The notes under the pieces are model-generated. The model was given only the letters and a program-made list of their open reading frames with translations, was not told where the DNA came from and made no database searches. Both the position numbers and the translations under genes were made by a program. Source: an uncultured virus (IMG/VR IMGVR_UViG_3300033752_000251) (taxonomy: Duplodnaviria > Heunggongvirae > Uroviricota > Caudoviricetes). From it: DNA of 64,000 bases. The stretch lies in the IMG/VR virus record IMGVR_UViG_3300033752_000251; one strand, given 5' to 3'. Of the stretch, positions 18,486 through 28,752 are shown one piece after another; position 1 is the first letter of the stretch; every line of letters starts with the position of its first letter.

Positions 18486-20359
18486 GACGCGATTCCTACG
18501 CCGTACTCTCCAAGGCTCGTAAAGTCCATCGGAACTTTTCCACCCCTTCCAGCGACGGTAACGTAATCGTACTTTACGAGTACTTTAACACTATTATCGT
18601 ATAAAATTTCCCTTTTGTCACTACGAAGTCAACAAAAAGACCCCGCATTAAGCAGGGTCTAATTACACGTCTCTGCGCCTAATTAGGGTGTGTACGGCTC
18701 GCTCGTAATCTGCTCATATTCTTCTGCCGTCATAGCGTCTAATTGTACCACACTGTGCAGATTATGAGGCCCCGCCTATTCGGCGGAGCCTTACGCTTCA
18801 TAATCAAATCCGGTGATTTGTTTATATTGCTCGGCTTGGCCGCCGATGCGATCTGTATAATGAGTCCTCTCTCGTCATCACGATTTCACTCCCATGAAAC
18901 ATACCGTAAACCCGCTGTAAAGCTATTGGTGCTGATATTGGTAAACAACGCTTTAGGACTTGCTGTGGACGGGTTACCAATCTGTAGTTGAATACGGCCA
19001 GTGCTACTATTATAAATGGCGCTGATTTGTATTTCTGCATTAACGGTCGGGTCGACAATGTACAAACCATAGCCGAAGATTAGGTTTGTCGGATATCCGA
19101 TCGTGATGCTGTTAAACGGGTCTCCTTTATATTCAATGTTCCCGATTGTGAACGTAACGGGTATTTGGAACGACCCCAAAAAGTTTGTCTTGGGCGGCGT
19201 GTAATTCGCATAATAGATAATCGACGTAACATTGTTACCGGAGCCGGATCGGTTAAATGTCAGGGTTGTACTACCTACGGAAATCGGCGCATACGTACCG
19301 GTTATTCCGAACAGCGTAACCCCAGACTTGATATTGGCAGCATTAAAATTAGCGTCGTCCGTATAGACCCTTACAGTCCCGTCATGGTATCCTGCTTCCG
19401 GTGTCACATACAGACGCCCAGTTTGGCCTGTACGCGGTGCGCCATAATCATTTGTTTTGACTGGCATCGTGCCGGTTACCTTCGAGCCGTTAACATACGC
19501 CGTCCGGCCAGACAAGATTTGTGCGGCTGTTGCGGTTGCGTCGCTTGTGAATGTTCCAGATACGCCGCCGACCGTCGTACCAGCCTTGATATTGGCCGCC
19601 GTCAAGTTGGTGATATTGGCCGTGACTGTGCCGCTGCCATTGTGATAACCTGCCGGGATTGTGTACGACGCCCCCTGCGTGGTCAAGGTTTGACTGACGG
19701 CTCCATTGTTGATCATGCTGCCGGTTACCTTCGAGCCGTTAACATACGCCGTCCGGCCAGACAAGATTTGACCAGCCGTGGCTGTCGCGTCGCTAGTGAA
19801 CGTACCATCAACGCCGCCTACCGTCGCACCGGCTCGGATATTTCCTGCGGACAGATTCACGATGTCGGTCGTGACCGTGCCGGTGCCGTCGTGGTATCCC
19901 TCCGGGATCGTGTATTCTTCGCCTTGTGATGTCAGCGTTTGGGAAACCGATCCGTTATTGGGCATCGTGCCGGTGCGCTTTACTCCGCCCTGATAAAACG
20001 TCTTACCGGTCAAAACATCCCCAACAGCCGCGTTCGCGTCCTTGGAGATGTCCCGAATTTTGCTTGACAACTGCGCAAACGTGTCGCCTCCTGAAGCAGA
20101 CTGTCCCATGTCAGTGATGGCGGAAGCGATCTGATTTTTCCCATCACTGACAGATTGAAAAAGTTCATCCATTCCATCCCGGACGTTGGTAGAAGTGAAA
20201 TTCGGTGAACTAAGCGAAACTTCCGAAGCATCCGGCGCGGGTGCAAGTGCAGCAATCGCCTGCGCTGTTTTAAGCGGCGTCATGTACGCGGTATCGGACG
20301 TTCCGGCTTCTGCTTCTTCCTGTGTTGCTATTCCATAGTTTTGGACGTTTCCGAGTCCC
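18403..20359 (-). mobile_element. GC-rich captured prophage tail-fibre cassette
   Basis: sharp GC increase bounded by the direct repeat; contains fibre C-terminus, two XkdX-like remnants, terminators and a sigmaA-like promoter. Confidence 0.7.
18683..18835 (-). pseudogene. two tandem XkdX-like C-terminal remnants
   Basis: AEQYKQITGFDYEA* (ends 18791) and VVQLDAMTAEEYEQITSEPYTP* (ends 18683), each followed by a hairpin. Confidence 0.65.
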
Positions 20360-21039
20360 ACGTCACCTTTAACCAGTGTAACTGCACCGGTTTTACCTGC
20401 AACAGATTGTACAGGGGAAGTCGGAGTCAAAAGTTCTTGCCAGTTGCCAACTACGGATGCAGGTTCTGCTCTCAAAATGAATGTTTTGTTGATATCCGAT
20501 CGTACCGCGATATCACCAACTTCCGCAGTAAGACCCAGCATTTCTCCTTCGCTTCCGACAACGAAAGTATCCGAAATAGCAATTGCAGGAAGGACATTAA
20601 CATCAAGTTTACCATTGCTATCCAATACAGGCACATTACCAGCAGAAGTACCGATATCTCTGGAAGCTGCTGTACCTGCATCGGAAATCTTACTAAGAGC
20701 CAATGTAGGAATATCTGCAGATGTCAGAGCACCCCATGTTGCGGTTCCTGACGAACCGCCATATTTAAGTACCTGGTTAGGCGCACCGCCAGAAGGAATA
20801 TGTTTATTACCAGCACTAGTTGGATGAACGTATTTGTTGGCTCCTTCCTCAATGCCCGCAAGTTTATTCTTTTCTTCTGTAGTATAATCTTCAGTAGAAA
20901 GACCTTTACCTTCTTCTTTATCAACCTTTCCGGCAAGTTGCTCATCAAGACCTTCTACTAATTCCGCTTTTGTTTTTGGGTATAAATTATCCCATTCACT
21001 ACCATTCTTGTGACGAATCTGAATGTTTTTACTGCTCAT
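18886..21039 (-). CDS. tail fibre protein (mosaic: AT-rich N-terminus, GC-rich C-terminus)
   Basis: KVDKEEGKGLSTEDYT, GANKYVHP and repeated SDATATAxQILSGRTAYVNGSKVTG motifs. Confidence 0.85.
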   Translation of the reverse strand: MSSKNIQIRHKNGSEWDNLYPKTKAELVEGLDEQLAGKVDKEEGKGLSTEDYTTEEKNKLAGIEEGANKYVHPTSAGNKHIPSGGAPNQVLKYGGSSGTATWGALTSADIPTLALSKISDAGTAASRDIGTSAGNVPVLDSNGKLDVNVLPAIAISDTFVVGSEGEMLGLTAEVGDIAVRSDINKTFILRAEPASVVGNWQELLTPTSPVQSVAGKTGAVTLVKGDVGLGNVQNYGIATQEEAEAGTSDTAYMTPLKTAQAIAALAPAPDASEVSLSSPNFTSTNVRDGMDELFQSVSDGKNQIASAITDMGQSASGGDTFAQLSSKIRDISKDANAAVGDVLTGKTFYQGGVKRTGTMPNNGSVSQTLTSQGEEYTIPEGYHDGTGTVTTDIVNLSAGNIRAGATVGGVDGTFTSDATATAGQILSGRTAYVNGSKVTGSMINNGAVSQTLTTQGASYTIPAGYHNGSGTVTANITNLTAANIKAGTTVGGVSGTFTSDATATAAQILSGRTAYVNGSKVTGTMPVKTNDYGAPRTGQTGRLYVTPEAGYHDGTVRVYTDDANFNAANIKSGVTLFGITGTYAPISVGSTTLTFNRSGSGNNVTSIIYYANYTPPKTNFLGSFQIPVTFTIGNIEYKGDPFNSITIGYPTNLIFGYGLYIVDPTVNAEIQISAIYNSSTGRIQLQIGNPSTASPKALFTNISTNSFTAGLRYVSWE
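20360..20434. repeat. 75-bp perfect direct repeat, copy 2
   Basis: identical to 18328-18402. Confidence 0.92.
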
Positions 21040-21072
21040 TTCTCATCTTACCCCCTTTCTTTTACTGTTTTT

Positions 21073-21507
21073 CTATTCGCCGTCTCTGTTATTGGAATCA
21101 AACCAAAATTCGGTTGTTCCGTCGAGACTAACATTACCTATAATTATTATAATGTTGTCACCGAAATCTGGTGACTCCCCCATATTTTTAAACCAAATCA
21201 TATTCGGTTTTGGATTCGGAGGTTCTTCTTCAGATACTGGGATTACGCTAGTTGATGAAATATTGGTCATGTTTACAACTTGCCAATCATTAATATCAAA
21301 TGGACCAGTCGCCCCGGATTTTTTACAAGATAAAATCTCCTTCTTCCCAGTAGAAGGATTTACCCTAATAATTAAATCATCGGCATTATAAATTTTGGTT
21401 TCATCATACCAATCTATATCGGAATCTCCGAGAGTTATAGCGATAATTTTATCCAATGTTGTTAGGTTATTTTCGCTGAAGTTTTTTAATTTTCTTAAAG
21501 TTGCCAT
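21073..21507 (-). CDS. tail-associated hypothetical protein
   Basis: VSEEEPPNPKPNMIWFK motif typical of fibre/baseplate proteins. Confidence 0.65.
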   Translation of the reverse strand: MATLRKLKNFSENNLTTLDKIIAITLGDSDIDWYDETKIYNADDLIIRVNPSTGKKEILSCKKSGATGPFDINDWQVVNMTNISSTSVIPVSEEEPPNPKPNMIWFKNMGESPDFGDNIIIIIGNVSLDGTTEFWFDSNNRDGE

Positions 21508-21526
21508 ATAAAAATCACCCGCCTTT

Positions 21527-22147
21527 TTATTCTAAAATAATTAATATACTATGCAGTATATTTTCCAAAACCTTACCAACGTTAGAAGGATTTTCTTCAA
21601 TGTAAATACCATTTAGTGTTGCATTCATAGGCGTAGAATTAGGACTGTAATTCAATACATTAAAAATATTTGTCGATAGTTTATTTAGAGGTACAGTTTT
21701 AGTTACAGAATGAGTTTGATCATTTTCATCAACAAATTCGAATTCGAACCTGATGCTTGGAAGATCTCTTAAGATAAAAGCTTCCCCATTTACAAATTCC
21801 ATACAATCAATATCCATGGATATTAAAATTTTCGATACAGGTGAATCGCCTAAAGTAAGAGGGTTGTCAAGTATATTAGATTCATATTGTACAGTATTCG
21901 GTAGTTCTATGTGATCCAATTCCAACAGACAGAGATCACCATCGATACCAATAATACTATGACTGGATTCTAAAAAATCTATATGAGTTTTAAGACGTGA
22001 AATTTTATCATATGATATAATACGACCATCCGGTCTTTTAATCAGCATTTGACCTGTCGGTTTATGAACTAATAGTTCTTCAGGCAATGCTTCTGCCTTT
22101 CTGTCTCTACTAAGAGCAGAAACAGCAAACCTATTCATATCAGCCAT
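21527..22147 (-). CDS. putative virion structural protein
   Basis: AGGAGG SD before ATG 22147; AACA-N6-TA at 22183-22194 (-). Confidence 0.65.
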   Translation of the reverse strand: MADMNRFAVSALSRDRKAEALPEELLVHKPTGQMLIKRPDGRIISYDKISRLKTHIDFLESSHSIIGIDGDLCLLELDHIELPNTVQYESNILDNPLTLGDSPVSKILISMDIDCMEFVNGEAFILRDLPSIRFEFEFVDENDQTHSVTKTVPLNKLSTNIFNVLNYSPNSTPMNATLNGIYIEENPSNVGKVLENILHSILIILE

Positions 22148-22252
22148 GACTGTATCCTCCTTTACACAGACATCCAATAATTTATTATAATGTTTTCAAA
22201 AAAGAGAACCCCCCATACAAAAGACTTGTATAGGGGATCTCTTATTTCTTTA

Positions 22253-24901
22253 TTATAAATCCTCATCGGGGAAAACTTTAAGACCGGTAGCCATTGGATC
22301 ACTATCATCAGGATTTAAGACAGCGACGTTACCTTGAAAGATAGACGAATATCTGGTCTTATATATATCAGGAATCTGATATAAATCAGGATTAATTATT
22401 TTAATAGCTTTTATAAATTCTTCAAAGAACGCAGATCTTTCAATGGATATAATATCAACGATATCACTGATAATATCTTGCTCAATGTCATCGAGAAGAG
22501 GTTTACCTTCCATAAATGCATCTCGAAAATCTTCAATAGTTGTCCAAATAAAATTATCAAATCCGGGATTAGTACTTATATCGAAGGTAAAATATTCTGC
22601 ACCTCTGTTCTTTTGATAGATATAAAAATTCTTTACACTTTGTACATTTTTCACAAGAATAATCGTCGATGAAATAATCTCAATATTATCTTTAGTTAAT
22701 TTTCTGCCATTGACGTAGACATCAAACCATTTCAGATCAAACGGTTTATCAATGAGACCGCTCAGATCAATAAGTCCAGTATTGGGTATAGTGTTAGCAC
22801 TATAAACGACTTCATATTTATACGGTGTGTAGTCCACTACATATTCTTCCCCAATTTCTCTAGTAATACCAGGTAAAACGACGCTGGTTCCACCGTAAGT
22901 GAGAGATGGATAGAAATGAATATAGTTATTGGGAAGAAGACGCCCATTCTTAAACACTCTAATATTAGATTTATCGTTTTCTGCTGCAATTATAAGATTG
23001 AACGCTTCACCTTTATCTTCTTCATTATTAATTTTATAGTGTTTAATCTGGAAGAACTGCTTGACTCTTACAGTAATATTAACTCCTTCAAGGGATGGAT
23101 CTAATAGAGTCACATAAAATTTAGTTGGTATCTTTTTGAATGAATTTGTAGGTAATTCTATTTCAAAAACGTCTACATACGATATTTTAAATTTCGATTT
23201 ATCAATAAATTCTTGTGTTTCAGAATTAACAAAGAAGATATCGCTTGCATAAATTTGAATATTCTTATTGAGATCGACTTCTTTTTTCTCATCAACTTCA
23301 TCAAATACTATATCCTGATGAAGATCAAAGGTTTCAAATTTCTCAACTTCAATAAGACTTGTGTTGGTAATAAGAGTAATAGGAATATAATAGTATTCAT
23401 AAAAATCATCGACATAAACCTCATCAGGATAATAGTTATTACCATCAATAAAGAATCGATAATAAATTTCATCGATATTATAATATCTCCGAAGGACAAA
23501 AACATACCTAGGCTCATTAAATTCTTTCTTTTCATATTCATATTTAACTTCACTGTAGTTATTCGTCCTATATTTTTCAGCCAGATTTATATCCGAGCAA
23601 TCAATGTAGAACGAATTGGAAGTATTAACTTGCTTTATAAGATATGAGACCATTCTTGATGGATCTTTTCTAATCCATTCCTTAAGTTTATTTACTTTAT
23701 ACGTCAAATGATTAGGATGGTCTTCAGAATTGATAAAATCTTTAATACCATAGATCAATGACTCAGGATCATAATTTTTGATAATTTCCGGAACGTTAAG
23801 TGGGTAATCGTCCGCTGTCAGATTCATAGTTGCCCGGTAGAGAGCAATTTCATCTTTATATTTAGGATAACCTCCGGATACTGGAGTGTCATCGAAATAA
23901 AAAACATAGATAGTAAGATCTTCATCATCGTCATTATTTAAAATTTCATACACGTTGGGATAATACATCTTTGTTTCAATATCATGCGCGAATACTTTCT
24001 TTCCATCAGGCGTGTTTTTAAAGATAATCATATTTTCAACAGGTATCGGCATATCCATTACAGGTAATGAGAAGAATTTTTGGGTTCCCGGTAAATCAAT
24101 TTGATCAAGTAAATGCCTAAAACCAAAAATATTGAGATGCACATATCTATTCTGGAAGTCGTTGATATTTTCATCAGTAAATCTAAGCATATCTCCTGAT
24201 TTTACAGTATTTACTACTACACCCTCGAAGAGAAGATCATTATCATTGATGAAAGTCAGGTACGATTGTTCAGTACCTAAGCTGTTTTCAATATTGAATC
24301 TATTCAAGGCAAGATTATCTTTATATTTAAGCAAAACGTATCTATTAGTTGTATAGATACCGTAAGCACAGTTGGGGACAAAAAATACGGTAATGTTGGC
24401 ATCTTCAGCAAGAAGACTATCAAAAAGATCCTTAGGTATTCCATCTGTACCACTGGTGATGACATTGAAGACTAGATAGGTTTTATCTTCATCACAAAAA
24501 ATCTTTATATTATCATAGAATTTCCCGTTTATGAACACGAGAAACGTATAAGCAAATAAACTTGGGTTGGCTGCAGTATCATGGATACTAATTTCGCTGT
24601 TGTAGAATTGAGATTGTTTAAAAGCGTGTCTTTGTTTTTCGGTAATGAAATTTCTATTCAAGAAACCTACGTAAGAATTGAAACCGGTATCAGTTTTCTT
24701 TACCTTTGTCCTTACCAGATCGCTCATCTTAAGATCAAACCGATGCACATCAGCCAGATCTTTCTGTGCATCATAAAGATATTTAAATGCATTTATCTTC
24801 AGATCATGGAGAGCTTCTTCCATAGCTTTTACTTCAAAAGTGTCATATGTCATTGCATCTTTATATAATATTTCATCTGGACCAGTATATTGTCCGCTCA
24901 T
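22253..24901 (-). CDS. large putative virion (baseplate/tail) protein
   Basis: about 880 aa with repeated VF.NGR/K beta motifs; AGGAGG SD; AACT-N6-TA at 24929-24940 (-). Confidence 0.65.
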   Translation of the reverse strand: MSGQYTGPDEILYKDAMTYDTFEVKAMEEALHDLKINAFKYLYDAQKDLADVHRFDLKMSDLVRTKVKKTDTGFNSYVGFLNRNFITEKQRHAFKQSQFYNSEISIHDTAANPSLFAYTFLVFINGKFYDNIKIFCDEDKTYLVFNVITSGTDGIPKDLFDSLLAEDANITVFFVPNCAYGIYTTNRYVLLKYKDNLALNRFNIENSLGTEQSYLTFINDNDLLFEGVVVNTVKSGDMLRFTDENINDFQNRYVHLNIFGFRHLLDQIDLPGTQKFFSLPVMDMPIPVENMIIFKNTPDGKKVFAHDIETKMYYPNVYEILNNDDDEDLTIYVFYFDDTPVSGGYPKYKDEIALYRATMNLTADDYPLNVPEIIKNYDPESLIYGIKDFINSEDHPNHLTYKVNKLKEWIRKDPSRMVSYLIKQVNTSNSFYIDCSDINLAEKYRTNNYSEVKYEYEKKEFNEPRYVFVLRRYYNIDEIYYRFFIDGNNYYPDEVYVDDFYEYYYIPITLITNTSLIEVEKFETFDLHQDIVFDEVDEKKEVDLNKNIQIYASDIFFVNSETQEFIDKSKFKISYVDVFEIELPTNSFKKIPTKFYVTLLDPSLEGVNITVRVKQFFQIKHYKINNEEDKGEAFNLIIAAENDKSNIRVFKNGRLLPNNYIHFYPSLTYGGTSVVLPGITREIGEEYVVDYTPYKYEVVYSANTIPNTGLIDLSGLIDKPFDLKWFDVYVNGRKLTKDNIEIISSTIILVKNVQSVKNFYIYQKNRGAEYFTFDISTNPGFDNFIWTTIEDFRDAFMEGKPLLDDIEQDIISDIVDIISIERSAFFEEFIKAIKIINPDLYQIPDIYKTRYSSIFQGNVAVLNPDDSDPMATGLKVFPDEDL

Positions 24902-25003
24902 ATTTTCCGACCTCCTATAAAACATATTTACTATAAAGTTCTACTAAACAGAAGATTAGAAAAAAATAAAGGATATCACCTTATGGCGATATCCTTTATT
25001 TTA

Positions 25004-26029
25004 TTATTTTTTAGTATCAATAAGTCTCGAAACAACCACAGCAAGTTCTTCGCGTTTCACGGTATTGCCGAGACCGAAACGGCCGTCGGGATAACCCTCC
25101 ATGATACCAGCAGCACTTACAACGTCAATAGAAGTTTTTGCCCAGTGATTGTCGGGGACATCCGTGAATTTGGTGGGTTTACCCATGTTAATCACCTTAA
25201 CCTTTCTACTAGTGATCAAATTGCAGATGACAACTGCCAGTTGTTCACGGGTCACATCTTCACCAATACCGAAGCGCCCGTCAGTGAAACCATTAATAAT
25301 ACTTTCATCCGAAACCAGTTTGATAGCGTTTACTGCCCAATGACCTTTGGGGACGTCAATGAACTTGACACTCGGATCTTTTTCAAAAGGTTTCGTAGGT
25401 GCAGATGCAGGAGGTTTACTAAAAGGAATACCAAGATACTCACAAGCAGCACGAACTGCAGCTTCAGCACAGAGATCACGAAATTCCTCACTTTTAAGAT
25501 AAGCAAGATCTTCAAGGTTTGTCATAAATGCATGTTCAATAAGGATTGCAGGAATACCGTAGGAAGCGGGAACACGACACATGTGGAAGTTTGCCCACGA
25601 ATTAGGAGAACAAGCTACGGTATTTCTGTCGTTATTGGGAAGAAGTTTGTCAGCCCACTTATCCCAAATTTCAGCTAACTTTTTGGCTTTGGTATCAGCG
25701 TGCCAGTAGAAGACCCAGTGACCTTTAGCATTTGCGTTACCGCTGGCATCAGCGTGAATACTGAACAAGAGGTCAACTTTCTCAGATTTAGCTTTATTGG
25801 TGCGAGTCGTTAGATTATCTTTAGATTTACCAGCAAGAGCTTCATGTGTTAACACCGGTTCAATACCATTATATTTGCCAAGTTCGGCAGCTTTCTTAGC
25901 TACTGCAAGATTGAACCAATGTTCTTCAAATTTTTCACCATTGACAATAACGCCTTTTCCACCTTCCACCTCGAAGGTATCTTCAAGATGTCCGGCATCC
26001 CAAGCAACTTTTGCTTTATAATTTGCCAA
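25004..26029 (-). CDS. endolysin: N-acetylmuramoyl-L-alanine amidase (Amidase_3) with SLH domains
   Basis: DAGH, E..FNL, SIHAD, PAILIEHAFMTN; SLH repeats FIDVPKGHWA..INGFTDGRFG..VTREQLA. Confidence 0.92.
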   Translation of the reverse strand: MANYKAKVAWDAGHLEDTFEVEGGKGVIVNGEKFEEHWFNLAVAKKAAELGKYNGIEPVLTHEALAGKSKDNLTTRTNKAKSEKVDLLFSIHADASGNANAKGHWVFYWHADTKAKKLAEIWDKWADKLLPNNDRNTVACSPNSWANFHMCRVPASYGIPAILIEHAFMTNLEDLAYLKSEEFRDLCAEAAVRAACEYLGIPFSKPPASAPTKPFEKDPSVKFIDVPKGHWAVNAIKLVSDESIINGFTDGRFGIGEDVTREQLAVVICNLITSRKVKVINMGKPTKFTDVPDNHWAKTSIDVVSAAGIMEGYPDGRFGLGNTVKREELAVVVSRLIDTKK

Positions 26030-26129
26030 TTTTATCCCTCCCTCTTTTAGTATTATGTGTTAAAAAATTATTTATAAGATGGATGATCGCAATTAGAGCA
26101 GAGACCATCCATCTTATATTGTGTTATTC

Positions 26130-26432
26130 CTATCCAGAATTATTTTTTCTATTGGAAGAAGCTTTGTTAAGTTGTTTGAGAGCACTAGTGCCGCCAACTG
26201 CAACAAAACCAGCGACAAGACCTTTGATAGCAGCAATGGTATCCGCTCCTCCGATCAAAAACCCAATGATCGAAGAAATTACGAGTACGATGATCGGAAT
26301 AAATTCGTCCTTAATCTTGCTCATTTTTACCGCTTTACCGATGAGCAAAGCAATAGGGATCAGAGCAAGATCGGGATTCTCTGCGATCAGCGTAATGAGA
26401 TCGTTGTACTCATTTGTCAACATCCTTCTCAT
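26130..26432 (-). CDS. putative holin
   Basis: three hydrophobic segments, IKDEFIPIIVL motif, directly upstream of endolysin. Confidence 0.75.
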   Translation of the reverse strand: MRRMLTNEYNDLITLIAENPDLALIPIALLIGKAVKMSKIKDEFIPIIVLVISSIIGFLIGGADTIAAIKGLVAGFVAVGGTSALKQLNKASSNRKNNSG

Positions 26433-26826
26433 CCTCCTTTAATGTATTTACATTCCTCAATTTAGTGATGTAGATGTCAAATCTTTTTGTAATAAAGAAA
26501 AAGATCATAATAAGAAAAGTTATACTCATAACAATGTTCGATAAAATTAACAGTAACCAGATAAGAAATAATATATTGTCTGAAAAATTGTTTTCCTCGC
26601 TAATATTGATAAGAAAAGCAGATAGGGTAGATATACCCAAAGATATGAAATGAATTGCTAATGTGCCCATAAAGACACTAATAAAACCTTTTTTGTATTT
26701 CATTATTAGATGATCAATTAAAAACACTAATGCTGCAATTATTAGAGCAAACTCTATGGTGTAGATTAACAACATTAGGGGTAGAAATTCTTCAGGAATA
26801 AGTAGGAACATGTATTTCTCCCCCAT
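26410..26826 (-). CDS. membrane protein (3 TM) in lysis cassette
   Basis: three hydrophobic helices. Confidence 0.65.
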   Translation of the reverse strand: MGEKYMFLLIPEEFLPLMLLIYTIEFALIIAALVFLIDHLIMKYKKGFISVFMGTLAIHFISLGISTLSAFLINISEENNFSDNILFLIWLLLILSNIVMSITFLIMIFFFITKRFDIYITKLRNVNTLKEDEKDVDK

Positions 26827-26837
26827 TTAGAAGATGA

Positions 26838-27056
26838 CTATGCTCTCTTTTCGTAATTGAGCAATGTCGAAAAGTGGTTTCTATCAACCTCGTCTCTAAT
26901 TTCTTTACTCAATTCAGAATACTGCTTAATGATAATATCTGATTTATGACACATACTATCTACCTTTTGTTTCTCCCTAGCCAGTCCTGGTGAGAATTTA
27001 AGTAGAAGTCTAGTGAGAAAACTTTCATTTTGACCTCTCACTATATTTTCCATCAT
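26838..27056 (-). CDS. hypothetical protein
   Basis: 72-aa ORF overlapping the neighbouring gene, AAGGGG SD. Confidence 0.6.
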   Translation of the reverse strand: MMENIVRGQNESFLTRLLLKFSPGLAREKQKVDSMCHKSDIIIKQYSELSKEIRDEVDRNHFSTLLNYEKRA

Positions 27057-27324
27057 TGTTTGGGTCCCCCTTATGAGGCTTAAGTCCGCCCATAAATTCT
27101 AACAATTTAGACATGTACTGAGCACGTTCTTTTTCCATGGATTTTTGAAGTCTATCAGCTTCCTCTAGACTTCTCTTATGGATACTATAAGGAACAAGTT
27201 TTCCTCGTATAATTTGAGTTACAAAATAAAGGTTGATCACACCACTTACGATTGCAAAAATTAAGACAAAACCATACTTGTCGATGAGTTCAGCCCAGCC
27301 CCCGACAGTTGATGGATCGACCAT
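27025..27324 (-). CDS. single-TM holin/antiholin-like protein
   Basis: one TM segment, RGKLVP motif, coiled coil; probable start MVDPST after GGAGGG. Confidence 0.6.
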   Translation of the reverse strand: MVDPSTVGGWAELIDKYGFVLIFAIVSGVINLYFVTQIIRGKLVPYSIHKRSLEEADRLQKSMEKERAQYMSKLLEFMGGLKPHKGDPNNDGKYSERSK

Positions 27325-27625
27325 AACACTCGCGCTCCCCTCCGACATTTTTTTCTCTCTGTACATGTCCATAGGCTTCAATCATTATTACATGTACTTT
27401 AATTCCTGCACCTCCCGAGGGTAATCTGGGGGCTACATGGAATAATTATTTATTATAGGGGGACTAAATAATTATTTTTTCATTTTCAACCTCCCCTTTC
27501 TTATTAAAAAATAAAATGAAAAATATAGTTATACTTTTTTTTATTACGTAAATGTACAAAAAAGATGTGCATAAGGACGGGCTATAATGACTCTAAGCCC
27601 TTGTCCTTATGCACATTTCCTTTAT

Positions 27626-28576
27626 TTAGCGGACAAAGTCGATAAGATCGACATAAATTTTAGCACCATGTTTATCAACAATGTCTTCAAGCACATATTG
27701 ATTATTGAGGTATGCACCATTTATTACGGAATTAACTGTGTATACAAAGTACGGGAAGAGTTCGAGAGCAAATAAAGCAGATCCGTCGTACATCGTGATG
27801 AATGCCTCAAGATAACCTCTAACTGTAAGGTCCTTGAGACCAAGATTCAGATTAGGATCAGTAAGACCTTTAATAAAAGTCCCCAGATCCTCATAGTTTT
27901 TGTCATCAAAAGCAGAGTTAACTTCTCTCAGTTGGAAAACATTACCGTTTGGTACACTTTTGAGAGCATAGTTAAGAGTAATATCATTGTCTTCCAATCC
28001 AAGAACGTTAAGCATATAGAATTTAGAAGCAAGGAACTGGACTTTGTGTAACCTACTTTTGTCTGCATTGAGTGCATATTTCTTATTAAGGACCCTAGCA
28101 AACATGTTAGAATAAATCAAGGCACCATTGGTGATGATAATGTTACGTTTAGAAATTTCCCTATGTCTTTGATGGTAGGTAATGGCTAACAGAGCGGCCT
28201 CCATAATAGTATAAAGCTTTTTCGGATCAATATTTACAACCATCGTATCCGGGTTAAGTCTTCCGTAGAGGTCAACGAGGACAAAGGCCACAATTTTACC
28301 ACTTTGATCTTTAGTTAAGAAAAACGGAAGACATGTCGGGACTCTGGTTTTTGTTGGAGAGTAGATAAGACGAATAGTACCATCTTCAACCGCTTCTAAA
28401 ACCTTAAGTTTCAGAGGATACTTGAAGTTTTTATTGATAATGATAAATGCTTCTTCAAGATTAATTTTTGTAAGAGGAATACCGTTTTGAATAATATTTA
28501 AGACTGCCAAACTAAGGGCATCACCGGAATTGAGATTCCTGTATACAAAGGTTGATTCGGCAGATTTTGTCGCCAT
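27626..28576 (-). CDS. hypothetical protein, probably late/virion
   Basis: 316-aa ORF; AACA-N6-TA at 28607-28618 (-). Confidence 0.7.
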   Translation of the reverse strand: MATKSAESTFVYRNLNSGDALSLAVLNIIQNGIPLTKINLEEAFIIINKNFKYPLKLKVLEAVEDGTIRLIYSPTKTRVPTCLPFFLTKDQSGKIVAFVLVDLYGRLNPDTMVVNIDPKKLYTIMEAALLAITYHQRHREISKRNIIITNGALIYSNMFARVLNKKYALNADKSRLHKVQFLASKFYMLNVLGLEDNDITLNYALKSVPNGNVFQLREVNSAFDDKNYEDLGTFIKGLTDPNLNLGLKDLTVRGYLEAFITMYDGSALFALELFPYFVYTVNSVINGAYLNNQYVLEDIVDKHGAKIYVDLIDFVR

Positions 28577-28752
28577 CCTTTTAAGCCACCTTTCTCAGAT
28601 TAATATTAATAGATTGTTAAAGAAGACCGTAGTTATTAATTCTCCCACATGGGTTATAAGATTTTGATATTAAAATTTCTACTAATAAATTTTATTCTCA
28701 ACTTTATTGTAAGGTTACTTTATGGAGTCGACATAGAGAGTCGGTGGAGAAA

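Noticed and set aside
19165..19929. + strand 254-aa ORF and other antisense ORFs (24890, 36586, 40718, 41879)
   Set aside because: Antisense shadows of well-supported genes
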